A stretch of 64,000 nt of DNA. Origin: a virus (Duplodnaviria; Caudoviricetes). Shown here piece by piece: positions 39,283 through 49,585 of this stretch; within the stretch, counting starts at the first letter, position 1; each line of letters begins with the position of its first letter. Position numbers and translations under genes: made by a program. The notes under the pieces were generated by a model. That model had not been told where the DNA came from. It ran no database searches and saw only the letters and a list, made by a program, of their open reading frames with translations. The DNA lies in IMG/VR virus record IMGVR_UViG_3300001687_001195, positions 1-64,000 of that record. One strand, 5' to 3'.

Positions 39283-39897
39283 ATGTCTGATAACATTCCA
39301 ATCCGTGACTACTCAGGGAGTGAACAGAAGATCGATGTAGATCCTGCTACTGAAGGATCGGACACTGTACATCGACAAGCAGTATCGTTGTATGCGAAGA
39401 ATGCAGCGGCAGCCGATACAGTGTTGAAGGCAGAGTCAGATGGTTCTCTTTGGGTAAAGATTACAGCAGGATCAATTCAGCTTGCCGCAGGTACCGCGGC
39501 AATTGGAAAATTGGGGTCAAACCCAGGAGTCAATATCGGGGAAGTATCGATCAGCGACGTAATCACGATATTGACCCAAGGTACAAGTCGGACTGTCGCC
39601 ACAAAGGCAGTCGATGAAAACTCAAGCGGCACTACAACACTCATTCCGGCACCGGGCGCTTCCAACAAGCTTTATATTCTTGGATGGTATATTCGTGCAG
39701 AAGGCGCTGTAGATGTAACTTTCAAGGGAGATGGAGCGACAGGTAATCTCACAGGCCCGGTAGAAATGGCGGATGGGGAAGCATATTCGCAATTCTTTGG
39801 AGACTATGCGATCCCGCTTGCTAACAATGAAGCTTTCCAAATAGTACTGAGTGCTGCGGTTCAAGTATCCGGATTGATTGTCTACTACACAGCATGA
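39283..39897 (+). CDS. Tail-associated/fibre protein
   Basis: Ala/Gly/Thr-rich, AIGKLGSN spacer, C-terminal beta sandwich. Confidence 0.55.
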   Translation: MSDNIPIRDYSGSEQKIDVDPATEGSDTVHRQAVSLYAKNAAAADTVLKAESDGSLWVKITAGSIQLAAGTAAIGKLGSNPGVNIGEVSISDVITILTQGTSRTVATKAVDENSSGTTTLIPAPGASNKLYILGWYIRAEGAVDVTFKGDGATGNLTGPVEMADGEAYSQFFGDYAIPLANNEAFQIVLSAAVQVSGLIVYYTA

Positions 39898-39906
39898 GTG
39901 TGAATT

Positions 39907-40884
39907 ATGGGTAGCTATAATACAACCTATGATCCGTGGGTAAGTGGCGAGCGCATTATCCCTGAACGGTTGAATGCATTTCGACGCGGAATACGAAACC
40001 ACGTACTTACTGGATTTGTTGTTCAGGTTGGTAGTGGACTTAATCTGGAAGTTGGAGAAGCAGGAGTCAATGCAGCGTACATCAATGGCTACGAGGTTTA
40101 TTCTGCAACGGCTTTAGATATTACACTTGATGGGAATATGATCTATGACATCTATCTGGTATTTACATATACTGAAGATAGCGTGTCTGGTTCAGTCAGT
40201 ACAATCACACCTTCGCTTGAAGCAATTCTTACGACCCAGACACCAGAAGCAGAGAACTATCTGAAAATTGCTCAAGTAACGACGGGCGCTACACAAATCA
40301 CAGATATTGAACCATATTGGAGAGCCTACTTTCAATTACCTCAAGCGATGTTTGCTGCGGAGCGAATGCCGATCTATGGTTGGGTAATCCCAGATACGAA
40401 TCCTGCTGAGATAGTAAAGATTGCATCGAGCGGCACACGTCCCTTTGAGTTTTACGAAGCACGATTTTCAAATGGAGCTTCAGTTACGCAGTTGTTCCGT
40501 CCATGGGAAGTTCCATTTGGTTATGCGACAACTCAGCCGGAAGGATTTCCAAGGCTTCGTATTTTCTGGAAATGCAATTCTACCAGTACTTCACTTGCTG
40601 CGCGCATGGAAGTAGCGATGGCCGCGTATACGCCTGCAGTGGATTCCGGTAGTTACAATGCCAAAGGACTTGGATCTTGGGATGGAGTTGCTGTCTCTCC
40701 ATTGGGGACGACTGCGCGAAGACTCAATTACGCATTCATCGAGTTTACGGATGTGGATTCATTGGTAGCAGAAGATATGGTGAATCTTGGTTTACGAAGA
40801 GATCCAACACATTCGGACGACAATTTGACGAGCGTAGATGTCGAAGTTGTGGGGACAGCCATAGAATACCAGATTGGCGATTAG
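39907..40884 (+). CDS. Tail fibre/adaptor protein
   Basis: N-terminal GFVVQVGSGLNLEV..AYINGY attachment-type motif; C-terminal beta domain similar to that of the hub. Confidence 0.55.
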   Translation: MGSYNTTYDPWVSGERIIPERLNAFRRGIRNHVLTGFVVQVGSGLNLEVGEAGVNAAYINGYEVYSATALDITLDGNMIYDIYLVFTYTEDSVSGSVSTITPSLEAILTTQTPEAENYLKIAQVTTGATQITDIEPYWRAYFQLPQAMFAAERMPIYGWVIPDTNPAEIVKIASSGTRPFEFYEARFSNGASVTQLFRPWEVPFGYATTQPEGFPRLRIFWKCNSTSTSLAARMEVAMAAYTPAVDSGSYNAKGLGSWDGVAVSPLGTTARRLNYAFIEFTDVDSLVAEDMVNLGLRRDPTHSDDNLTSVDVEVVGTAIEYQIGD

Positions 40885-40885
40885 T

Positions 40886-41137
40886 ATGGGCGTGCTTACC
40901 TTTATTCAGGCAAACGCACAAACGATCAGAGCAAGTGTACCACTTATTGAGATTCTATCATGGCAGCAAGTAGGAGATGAAATTCGAATAGACATGAGAT
41001 GGGTACCTACTAATGAACGAAAAACGTTAGTATGGAAAAATCTCAGTAAGTATGATCTTCGGATAACGAACGATCCTACTTTTTCTTTGGTACGGCTTCG
41101 AGATCGTTTGATTCATTTTTTCACATTTAAGCCATGA
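40886..41137 (+). CDS. Hypothetical protein
   Basis: Coupled small ORF. Confidence 0.5.
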   Translation: MGVLTFIQANAQTIRASVPLIEILSWQQVGDEIRIDMRWVPTNERKTLVWKNLSKYDLRITNDPTFSLVRLRDRLIHFFTFKP

Positions 41138-41841
41138 CCAAGATATGTGATAGCGATTCTCACGCTAATTGTGGCGGCGCATTGGGGGGAGTACCGCTTA
41201 CAATTGAAGCATGGGTAAAGATGTCCACGAATGCTCCTAGTACGAGTACATGGCAAACTCTCTTTGCTTGGGAAGCATCTGGTTCTGTCAAGATCATGTA
41301 TTTTGTTACGCTTCAATTCGGTATTAATTATTCAATCGAGATATGGGATGAAGGTGAATATCAAGCTAACTCAGTTTGGAACTTTGGTAGTACTTGGAGC
41401 AATCATCCGCTATCTGACGGAGCGTGGCATCATATAGCATTTGTTCATTATCAAGATGGTTCTCAATCACTTTGCTATATAGATGGAACTAGTCTTGGAT
41501 CGCCAGATACGTCTAATTCAACTTCTTCCGATTTGGGTAGTCCTGATATGTTGCGCCTGTTTGGTAATTGTGTTTATGGCGATTATCTCGGCGCGGCGGG
41601 GAATGCTTATGTTGAAGAATTGAGAGTATGGTCAGATGCGCGTACTGAAGCAGAGATCAATGTTTTTAAGGATGTGCGTTTGCATGGACATGGTTTTGAG
41701 AATTTAGCGTATTTAATGCATCTTGATGAAGTAGATGATGCTGTGATCGATTCAGGCCCGGATGCTGAGGAATACAGTGTATCGGGATTTCCTGCAGTAG
41801 CCATTGCAGGGCATTGCTTGCCTGTAGGAGCAGGGGTATGA
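41134..41841 (+). CDS. LamG/ConA-like lectin-fold protein
   Basis: LTIEAWVK, DGAWHHIAFVH, YIDGT, VEELRVWSDART.AEI. Confidence 0.85.
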   Translation: MTKICDSDSHANCGGALGGVPLTIEAWVKMSTNAPSTSTWQTLFAWEASGSVKIMYFVTLQFGINYSIEIWDEGEYQANSVWNFGSTWSNHPLSDGAWHHIAFVHYQDGSQSLCYIDGTSLGSPDTSNSTSSDLGSPDMLRLFGNCVYGDYLGAAGNAYVEELRVWSDARTEAEINVFKDVRLHGHGFENLAYLMHLDEVDDAVIDSGPDAEEYSVSGFPAVAIAGHCLPVGAGV

Positions 41842-41930
41842 AATTTTGTAGCCTCCCTATAGTCACGGACGAAGCGCTCGGTGACGGAGGCGCCTTGGCT
41901 ATGGCGACTTGTTTGGCGGAGAAAAGAAGA

Positions 41931-42284
41931 ATGGCAGGGGAGACGAAGAATGGACCGCCTAAAAAGATGGATAATCCAGATGTGATTATCACTGAGCGCA
42001 CAAAAACGAATTTTGCTACGCTTGTTACTGTAGTAGCGGCATCTCTGGCACTTTTTGCGTGGATCATGAACGAGAATGCGAAAACGCGCCAAGAGATTCA
42101 GTCTGTACACACGGAATTGGTTAAAGTGCGTTTTGAAATCGAAAGATTGAAAGATCGTTCCGCTGAACGATTTTCGATTATAGATATGCGGTGCTGGACA
42201 AAAGATCTACAAAAAGCGATGACTGAAGCAGGAGTTAAAGTGAACATTCCGGATCCGGAATGTGTTGGGGTTGACAAGAAGTAG
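41931..42284 (+). CDS. Single-TM coiled-coil membrane protein (holin/XhlA-like candidate)
   Basis: FATLVTVVAASLALFAWIM then a heptad stretch; start uncertain. Confidence 0.5.
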   Translation: MAGETKNGPPKKMDNPDVIITERTKTNFATLVTVVAASLALFAWIMNENAKTRQEIQSVHTELVKVRFEIERLKDRSAERFSIIDMRCWTKDLQKAMTEAGVKVNIPDPECVGVDKK

Positions 42285-42307
42285 TCTAATTTTTCAAGAA
42301 TTTTGCC

Positions 42308-43855
42308 ATGGCAACGCCGACGCTTAATCTGCTCAACCACACAGAGCTAGATGATGCGGATGATAGTACGAACTGGACTGACTTGACGACGGCTGACACC
42401 GACATCAAGAAGGAAGGTTCAGCGTCGATGAGTGGTATCCTTCGTTCTGATGGTGAGGAAGGATACTACACGGCTGCATCAGCCCCCGTAACAGCCGCAG
42501 GTAAGACGTTTCGCGGCTGGTTCTATACTACCAATCTCCCTTATATGCAGCCCGAATCGGCCAATGGCTACCAGCTTTTGATGTATGATGGCAGCACGAC
42601 AGAATATAAAGTCATTTTTGGCTCAGATACTTACAAAGGTGGGTTCTTCTACATTGTATGGGATTGCGATGACTTCACGACGCTGACGCTTGCGAACGTT
42701 CGTCGGTGGGGTGTGCGCGCGAACCACACAGGCAACGCCAAGAACGTCGTCAACTCATGGATTGACGTTCTCCGTTACCTCGACGGCTACTCGATGACCG
42801 GCGGCTCGGAAGGGGACTGGATCTCGCTCGCAGAGATTGCCGCTGCCGATGAAGGGTCGAGCCCGTTGCTCGGTTACGGCATCGTCATCGAGTACGAAAG
42901 CGTCTACTACGCGTCGGGAACGATTCAGGCCGGAACGGGCGCGACCACGACCTATTTCGGGATGTATGGCGACATCCTGATCTTCATCGACAAGCCGGTC
43001 GCGGCTGGACTCTATTCGCTCTCCGGTGTCGGCTCCGGCACGGACATCGAAATCAAGGACTCGGTCATCCGGTCAGCCGGAACGACAGACGCGACGCGTT
43101 TCATTCTCGATTTCACCGACTCCGGCCTCGCGGCCTGCGTCTTCACTGACAATCTGGTCGTGCGAGCAAGCACGGTCGGTTTCAAGTCCGGCCAGACGGC
43201 AACCGGAAACATCTTCGACAACTGTGGTCAGATCACGCACGGCGGCGCGGACCTGAGCGAAAGTGTGGTTAAGAATTATGAAGGAACAGCAAATACTTCT
43301 GCTTTGATTTATAATGTGGCTGCTGATCCAGCAGGTGAAATGGACGACATGACGTTCATCAAAGGTACAGCAGCAACGCACGCGATTGAGTTCGGGCTTT
43401 CTTCACCTACAACGATCAATCTTTCAGGCTGCACGTTCTCTGGTTATAACGTTTTAGATGGGCAGAATGATTCAACATTTCATGTTAAGCGCACTAGTGG
43501 AACAGTCACGATAAACTTATCAGGGTGTACTGGGAATTTTACATACAGGTCTGATGGAGCAACGGTTGTAATCTCAGCATCGGTTACAGTAACGTTTGAC
43601 AAACTGAAAGATAATACTGAAGTTCGAGTGTACAAGACATCAGATGATTCTGTAGTGGGTGGAACTGAAAATGCTACTGATGGTACTCCTGATAATAGAA
43701 ACTTTGCTTGGTCGGCTCCTGCCGGAACGAATGTTTATTATCATCTCATCAATGTTCAGTATGAACAGATTACGGTTTATGGGTACACAGTTCCATCAAC
43801 GAATGTAACAATAGATTTTCAGCAGCAGTTTGATCGGAACTATGATAACCCGTAG
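42308..43855 (+). CDS. Thr/Gly-rich putative virion protein with a beta-helix-like middle
   Basis: Composition; position among fibre genes; ends FDRNYDNP. Confidence 0.55.
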   Translation: MATPTLNLLNHTELDDADDSTNWTDLTTADTDIKKEGSASMSGILRSDGEEGYYTAASAPVTAAGKTFRGWFYTTNLPYMQPESANGYQLLMYDGSTTEYKVIFGSDTYKGGFFYIVWDCDDFTTLTLANVRRWGVRANHTGNAKNVVNSWIDVLRYLDGYSMTGGSEGDWISLAEIAAADEGSSPLLGYGIVIEYESVYYASGTIQAGTGATTTYFGMYGDILIFIDKPVAAGLYSLSGVGSGTDIEIKDSVIRSAGTTDATRFILDFTDSGLAACVFTDNLVVRASTVGFKSGQTATGNIFDNCGQITHGGADLSESVVKNYEGTANTSALIYNVAADPAGEMDDMTFIKGTAATHAIEFGLSSPTTINLSGCTFSGYNVLDGQNDSTFHVKRTSGTVTINLSGCTGNFTYRSDGATVVISASVTVTFDKLKDNTEVRVYKTSDDSVVGGTENATDGTPDNRNFAWSAPAGTNVYYHLINVQYEQITVYGYTVPSTNVTIDFQQQFDRNYDNP

Positions 43856-43866
43856 GGAGGAATTGA

Positions 43867-46284
43867 ATGACACTTATCGTTGATCCCGATTCCTTAAGCC
43901 AAGGAACGGAAACAGCGGTTCCGGGTTGCATCTTCGCTACGGGGACCGGAGCCGATATTCGGATTCATACTAGTGGTTCAAACAATTTACCTGCGCTTGC
44001 AGTTGGTGAGTTCTTTGAGGTCAGAGATCATTCTGTTGCTGTCAACAATGGACTTTATGTCGTGGTGACTGTTACGACTAGTACCGACGATTATGAATGC
44101 GACAAGATCACTGGTAGTGCTCCGACAACAGCCGGTGCCGAAGCAATAACTACGCTTGGCGCGACAGGGACTTCGACAGAAAAATCCGTACACTTTGATA
44201 CAGATACAAAACTCTTATATCTGCTTGAACAGGGTAACTTGTCGGCTGATGGAGTGACCATGCTCGCGCTCCACTCCTTCATCAAGGAGGAATGGAAGGG
44301 TGACGACGCGTTGCCGATGCACCCGTTCCCAATGATCGGTATTGACTTTGATGCCGGTAAGTGGGAGTTCGGTGTGGATCCATCTGGCAACTATTCTGGA
44401 TGGAAGCCAGCCGAAGACGATGCTGGAAATAGTATCTACACGCGGCGACTTGTGCGCAACGCGGGTTGGAACGAGTACGATAATGCGGGTGTGCTTCAGA
44501 AGCGATTTGCAAATATCACAACCCTTGGTTCGTTCGAGGATGAGGCGAACGATAAAGCATATTATGCGCTTGGGGATGATCCTACGGATACAGGAGCGGC
44601 AGTTGATTTTGTGTACGCTGGTCCAGTAAATGAAGTTGTTAAGTTTTATGAAGAGATAGGCGATCTATCTGGGGATACGCCGAGTTTTGCAACAACTTCG
44701 ACGATCACGAGTTCAACAGGGTCATTCATTACTGATGGTTTTGTGGTTGGTGGGCAGGTGACGGTTCAGGATTCTACATCGAATGACGGTACTTATGTAT
44801 TGACTGGAGTTACTGCGACTACGTTGACCGTAGAAGGAACACCGCTCACTGTAGAAGCGTGGGGTACTAGCCGAATTGCGGTTAACAACGATAATGTTTT
44901 TAATGCCTATTTGCGCATTCGTGATGCGGATCCGAATGGGAAGACATTTTCGCAAGCTGGCTTAGCTGATGGTGGTGAAACGGCACTGGTGAATAAGGTG
45001 ATCAAGCTTCCGCTTGCTAATGCAACGGACTTGAACATCGAAGAGACTGATGCCAATATTGCATCATCTTCGCCTTATACCGAAATCGTGGTTCGGTACT
45101 TTGATCAGGCGTTCAGCCGGGAAGTAGATTCAGCAACGAACCGCGAGTTTGGAATTGTTATCGATGTTGGTACACATTCAGGTGTAGACGGATCAGCACC
45201 CGGAGCCGGTTCAGTATTGACGACCGCTGAAGGCGGCATGGGTGTAAATGCCTATGCAGGCGGTACGCTTCGTATCCATGAGGGTACTGATGAAAATACT
45301 GAATTTCCTATTGTCTCGAATACCGCTACGACAATCACGGTAACAGGTACTCTTTCTTCGGGAACTAATATCTCGTTTACTGCACAACGCGCAACTCCGA
45401 TTGTGGCGACTAAGAATGAGATTTACGAGAAAGTTCAGTACTTGCTTCGCCAAGCAGCAGACATCGATTCCACAGATCAGACTGTAAATGGTAAGACGGC
45501 AGATGAGTTGCTCCGTTTCGTTGGCTCGGATCTGGAATGTGGTTCGGGGGCGCCATCGAATCCGAACGGTGGCGGTTCTGGCGTGATTATCGAAGGATTT
45601 TCGGCTAACGATACCAATAACCTATTCTTCTATGATAATGGTGGTACGAAACGAAACTATCCGTTTGTGGCCGCAGGAAACTTATTGTTTAACGCAAACT
45701 TGGTTGGAGATACCAGTCCGTACTATTGGTTGTTCTTCGAGTATACTAAGCGAACGAGTCCTACGGATGGTGCGATCGTTTCTCCAACTGGAAATACAGG
45801 GGATCTTGAATCGCCTACTAGCGCCTTGCCAACATTGTCGGTGGATGATTTTATCGCGGTATCGGGCTTCTCGAATCCAGAGAATAACGGTATTTACATT
45901 GTTACGGCTGTTAATACAGTGAACCAGGACTATTCGGTTCGCAAGCTGGATGGAGCAACGCTAGTAGCGGAATCTGGGGCAACGATCAATGTGGATGAGC
46001 ATCCATTCGAGTCAGACGGTGCAATCATAGTGGATAACAATAGCGGGTCTGACATCAAAGGCGTGATTGGTGCTGGAACGATTGGTTTCGATTTCGATTA
46101 TGATAACAATGTCCAAGGTGGACGCGGTTCTGGTACCGATGCTAAAGTGATCTTGGTTGCGGTTGGACTCGAATTGGGTCAATACGTGCGAAGTGCAGGT
46201 GGCGCCCAGGCATTTACGATTACGCGGGCGACTGGACTCAGTTTCTCGGTTACGGCGGCCCTTGAGCGGAACTACAGCACGTAG
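43867..46284 (+). CDS. Large Thr/Gly-rich putative virion/fibre protein
   Basis: 805 aa beta-rich; internal repeats (FEVRDHSVAVNNGLY / VQDSTSNDGTY / GFSNPENNGIY); ends LERNYST. Confidence 0.55.
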   Translation: MTLIVDPDSLSQGTETAVPGCIFATGTGADIRIHTSGSNNLPALAVGEFFEVRDHSVAVNNGLYVVVTVTTSTDDYECDKITGSAPTTAGAEAITTLGATGTSTEKSVHFDTDTKLLYLLEQGNLSADGVTMLALHSFIKEEWKGDDALPMHPFPMIGIDFDAGKWEFGVDPSGNYSGWKPAEDDAGNSIYTRRLVRNAGWNEYDNAGVLQKRFANITTLGSFEDEANDKAYYALGDDPTDTGAAVDFVYAGPVNEVVKFYEEIGDLSGDTPSFATTSTITSSTGSFITDGFVVGGQVTVQDSTSNDGTYVLTGVTATTLTVEGTPLTVEAWGTSRIAVNNDNVFNAYLRIRDADPNGKTFSQAGLADGGETALVNKVIKLPLANATDLNIEETDANIASSSPYTEIVVRYFDQAFSREVDSATNREFGIVIDVGTHSGVDGSAPGAGSVLTTAEGGMGVNAYAGGTLRIHEGTDENTEFPIVSNTATTITVTGTLSSGTNISFTAQRATPIVATKNEIYEKVQYLLRQAADIDSTDQTVNGKTADELLRFVGSDLECGSGAPSNPNGGGSGVIIEGFSANDTNNLFFYDNGGTKRNYPFVAAGNLLFNANLVGDTSPYYWLFFEYTKRTSPTDGAIVSPTGNTGDLESPTSALPTLSVDDFIAVSGFSNPENNGIYIVTAVNTVNQDYSVRKLDGATLVAESGATINVDEHPFESDGAIIVDNNSGSDIKGVIGAGTIGFDFDYDNNVQGGRGSGTDAKVILVAVGLELGQYVRSAGGAQAFTITRATGLSFSVTAALERNYST

Positions 46285-46293
46285 GAAAGATCG

Positions 46294-46866
46294 ATGGGTG
46301 CTAAAGTCACTTTTGATAGTTTGAATAGACTGATTATTGTTACTACTGCGCCGGTAGATGGTCTGATTACGCTGGATGTCCAAGTAGATCTTTATTCCGA
46401 CATGAAGGAAGACATTCGAGCGAGCGCGACATTAGCAGCAAACCCAACCGCATTTCTTGCTTCCTTGGGGGGTGTTCCAACTCCAACAGGATACACCGGA
46501 CAGTATTACTTTCTGAATAATGCCGAGGGTTGGCGGCTTCAGCCGTATGACGCAGATCACGAATTGATGTTAGTTGGGAATATTCTTGTTGGGGATACAA
46601 GTGCGCCTTGGTTTGTGTCTCGACCAGGGCGCACGATCGTAATCTCGCGCGAATTTTCTAACTTAGCAGCGTTGGTAGAAAGTAATGCACAACAAGATGA
46701 GATTACATTCTTGTATAAAGTAGCAAGGAACAAGAAACGGTTGCACAAGGTCAGTGATACGGAATATCAAGTTACGGTGTATGATGACGACAATGTAACA
46801 CCACTTGTTCAATGGACACTTGAACAGGAAGCGGTGACGGAAGACGAAATTCGTACTTTGGTGTAG
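46294..46866 (+). CDS. Conserved-looking hypothetical virion protein
   Basis: VTFDSLNRLI..DLYSDMKE..GG..YYFL..GWRL, resembling a domain in 43867-46284. Confidence 0.55.
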   Translation: MGAKVTFDSLNRLIIVTTAPVDGLITLDVQVDLYSDMKEDIRASATLAANPTAFLASLGGVPTPTGYTGQYYFLNNAEGWRLQPYDADHELMLVGNILVGDTSAPWFVSRPGRTIVISREFSNLAALVESNAQQDEITFLYKVARNKKRLHKVSDTEYQVTVYDDDNVTPLVQWTLEQEAVTEDEIRTLV

Positions 46867-46867
46867 C

Positions 46868-47089
46868 ATGGCCATAGCCGATCACATTTTACTTTTGACG
46901 GATGGCCAGCTTGGTATTTTTTCGATTGTAGGTACAGGGAATGGTGGTGGTCCTGATGAGCCTGGCGGAGATATTTATTATTTTACGGTACCGTTAACGT
47001 TACAAATTGATACAGAAATATTGGAAATTGATGTTAGTACAGACAATTTAGTGATAGATCGAAAGACCGAATTTGAAGGTTGGGAATGA
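46868..47089 (+). CDS. Hypothetical protein
   Basis: Coupled small ORF. Confidence 0.5.
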   Translation: MAIADHILLLTDGQLGIFSIVGTGNGGGPDEPGGDIYYFTVPLTLQIDTEILEIDVSTDNLVIDRKTEFEGWE

Positions 47090-48609
47090 GCAATCTCATT
47101 CAAAATGGCAATTTCGATAACTGGACGCCAGCGAATCCGACTGAGCTTCTGACCGACGGCGGGATGGAGTTGTGGACGCCGGACAGCACGCCGGAGTTGC
47201 TGACCGATCCGGGGCTGGGGGCGTGGAACGACCCGCACGATCTGACGAATTACGACGAGCAGGTCTTTGGAACCAGTACGGTCAACCGGGAATCCTTGGT
47301 TACTCGCGGCGGGGCGCCCTTTAGCGCACGGCTCGATATTGATGCGGCTAACGATGCCGCGCGTTTCTACAAGCCAATCACTCTCCCCGCCGCTACCCGG
47401 TATTGTGTGTCGATGTGGCACAAGGAAACGGGCACAGCAACCGCTGGCTTCATCATCTACGACGGGATCGGTAATTACCTTAAGGCTGACTACACCTGGG
47501 CACCAGGATACTATGTTCATCCGCTGCCGCACGCGGACGATTGGACCTTGAGTAGGCTGTTCTTCACTACATTGGGCAACACCAATTATGGCATCTTCTG
47601 GACGAGCGCCTCCGCCGCCTCCCAATCGATCTACATCGACGACGTGTCGCTCAAGCTCGTGCCGACCAACCTGACGAACTGGACGGAGAGCGTTTCCGGG
47701 TCGAGCACCGTCAACCGGGACGGTGACGTGCAGCGTAGCGGGCAGTATGCGTGTCGGCTGGATGTGGTGGCGGGGGCATTTGCGCAGATCCTCCAGGCCG
47801 TTGCCCTCTCCGCCGTAACCAGGTACCGCTTTGCGGTTTTTGGTAGGACATCAATCGACAAGGTTGTCGTGGCCCAGATCACGGATGTCGCCACCTCAAA
47901 AACCTGGCGGCCGGTCGAACAGAGTTGGGATGCCGGGACCATCGGTATTCCCAAGAGTTCCGTGGGAGCATTCTCCTCCTACATACAGGAAGTCATTACG
48001 GTCGGCGCTAATGACTACCAATTCGTGATGAAGCGCCTCAGTATCGGCGGCACCGACAACTACTCCGGCTGGTGGGACGATGCGTCGCTGATTGCCATCC
48101 CCACCAACGCCGACAGTTGGACCGAATCAATTTCCGGTAATTCTGTTGTTTTGCGCGATCAGGATAAAGGCGCATATTCTGGGCTTTATTGCTGTCGGTT
48201 GCAGGTAGATGATGCCGGTTCAGCGGTATCTGTGTCTCAAAGCCCTTTGTTGCAGCCGTATCTTTGGTACAGATTGACCTATAAGTACCAGACAAGTAAT
48301 AATGCTCAGATTGCTTTTTCGATTCAGAACAATGTGACAGGGCACTATTTGCAATCTGATTTTACATGGGCCGCGACTCTATATGTATTCGAACCTGCTG
48401 CGGCTTCTGATTGGACTAATGTGCAGATGTATTTCAAACCATCGTGTGCAGCTTTGCATACTATTAAATTTGCTAATGGGCAAAACTCCGCAGGGGAAAT
48501 GTTGTGGCTAGATGCGGTATCCTTATACGATAGCCACTACTTTGTTGCGCCATTGAGTATGGAAATCAATGCAGATGAGCTTGAGTTGGTTCTATCTACA
48601 GAACCATAA
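47086..48609 (+). CDS. Multi-CBM (CBM4/9-like) carbohydrate-binding protein
   Basis: NLIQNGNFDNW start; three repeats (TSTVNRE / SSTVNRD / NSVVLRD..CRL) ending YIDDVSL, WWDDASL, WLDAVSL. Confidence 0.75.
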   Translation: MSNLIQNGNFDNWTPANPTELLTDGGMELWTPDSTPELLTDPGLGAWNDPHDLTNYDEQVFGTSTVNRESLVTRGGAPFSARLDIDAANDAARFYKPITLPAATRYCVSMWHKETGTATAGFIIYDGIGNYLKADYTWAPGYYVHPLPHADDWTLSRLFFTTLGNTNYGIFWTSASAASQSIYIDDVSLKLVPTNLTNWTESVSGSSTVNRDGDVQRSGQYACRLDVVAGAFAQILQAVALSAVTRYRFAVFGRTSIDKVVVAQITDVATSKTWRPVEQSWDAGTIGIPKSSVGAFSSYIQEVITVGANDYQFVMKRLSIGGTDNYSGWWDDASLIAIPTNADSWTESISGNSVVLRDQDKGAYSGLYCCRLQVDDAGSAVSVSQSPLLQPYLWYRLTYKYQTSNNAQIAFSIQNNVTGHYLQSDFTWAATLYVFEPAAASDWTNVQMYFKPSCAALHTIKFANGQNSAGEMLWLDAVSLYDSHYFVAPLSMEINADELELVLSTEP

Positions 48610-48629
48610 CTCGATGCTTGGAGAACGCC

Positions 48630-48983
48630 ATGTCAGACCGTATTACGATTTTGCGGGGCAATAAAAAAGATTTTGTTCTTTCATTAAAACAAAACGGTGT
48701 TGCCTATACAGGGTTGTCTGGCGTGGAGAAGGTAACGGTAGCTATTGGACCCTCCGGTAGTAAAACTACAAATGCCATATTGTACAATAATATAGATCAT
48801 CCGACAAAGGTTGAAATAGATATACCGGAAGTGGGAGATGTATTTGTTCACCTGTCTTCGTTAGATACAGATTTGGAGTTAACTGAGTATGATGTAGCTG
48901 TACAGTGTAAATTGGATCAGACAAATAATGAGGAATGGGAAAAAGAGAGCGCTATTTTAGTGAAACAAGATCGAATAGTGTAA
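48630..48983 (+). CDS. BppU-N-like adaptor protein
   Basis: ILRGNKKDFVLSLKQNG..LSG pattern. Confidence 0.5.
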   Translation: MSDRITILRGNKKDFVLSLKQNGVAYTGLSGVEKVTVAIGPSGSKTTNAILYNNIDHPTKVEIDIPEVGDVFVHLSSLDTDLELTEYDVAVQCKLDQTNNEEWEKESAILVKQDRIV

Positions 48984-48994
48984 TGGAGAAGAAC

Positions 48995-49234
48995 ATGAAA
49001 AAGCTATCTGTTGTTTTGTTGCTCATGATCGCTCTGACAGGATGTACATCTTGTACTAAGGGGTACGTAAAGGCAAGCGAGATCGAACCGATGGTAGACG
49101 CTGTGGTAGAGCGTCACAATGGATATATCGACAAGGGGAGTGAAACGGATCCGGCGCGTGCCGAGACATTCAAGAACGAAGCGAATGTGCTGAAGGCGGC
49201 TGTGAATACGGCTGCGAAGGGAGGCAATAAGTAA
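48995..49234 (+). CDS. Lipoprotein
   Basis: MKKLSVVLLLMIALTG-C lipobox. Confidence 0.7.
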   Translation: MKKLSVVLLLMIALTGCTSCTKGYVKASEIEPMVDAVVERHNGYIDKGSETDPARAETFKNEANVLKAAVNTAAKGGNK

Positions 49235-49575
49235 TGCCTCCTCCTGGAGTACCTACAGTTGAGAACATCATGGAAGGCTTCAAAGATGTGTTTGACGAAC
49301 AGATCATGAAGTTTTTCCAGAGCGAACAGCCAGAACAACTACAGCAATTTTCCGAGATTCTTTTGCGGAGTACCGCCGCAGGAATCCGGAGCGGTGATGA
49401 GGAGATCATCGCTTCGGTAAAACGGACAGCACGCGGAATGGTGGAATTGGCCCGAGTTATTGCTGTCAATGCAGCCTGGGACATCATTGACGCGGCTTTA
49501 GATTATCTCATTAAGATCGGGAAGGCAGCGCTGCAAGCTGTACTGAAAGCTTACATTCCGATCCCAACACCTTGA
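49234..49575 (+). CDS. Helical hypothetical protein
   Basis: TAATG-coupled to the lipoprotein. Confidence 0.55.
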   Translation: MPPPGVPTVENIMEGFKDVFDEQIMKFFQSEQPEQLQQFSEILLRSTAAGIRSGDEEIIASVKRTARGMVELARVIAVNAAWDIIDAALDYLIKIGKAALQAVLKAYIPIPTP

Positions 49576-49585
49576 GAGTAAAACG

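Noticed and set aside
39907-48609. Diversity-generating retroelement targeting the fibres
   Set aside because: No reverse transcriptase and no template/variable repeat pair noticed
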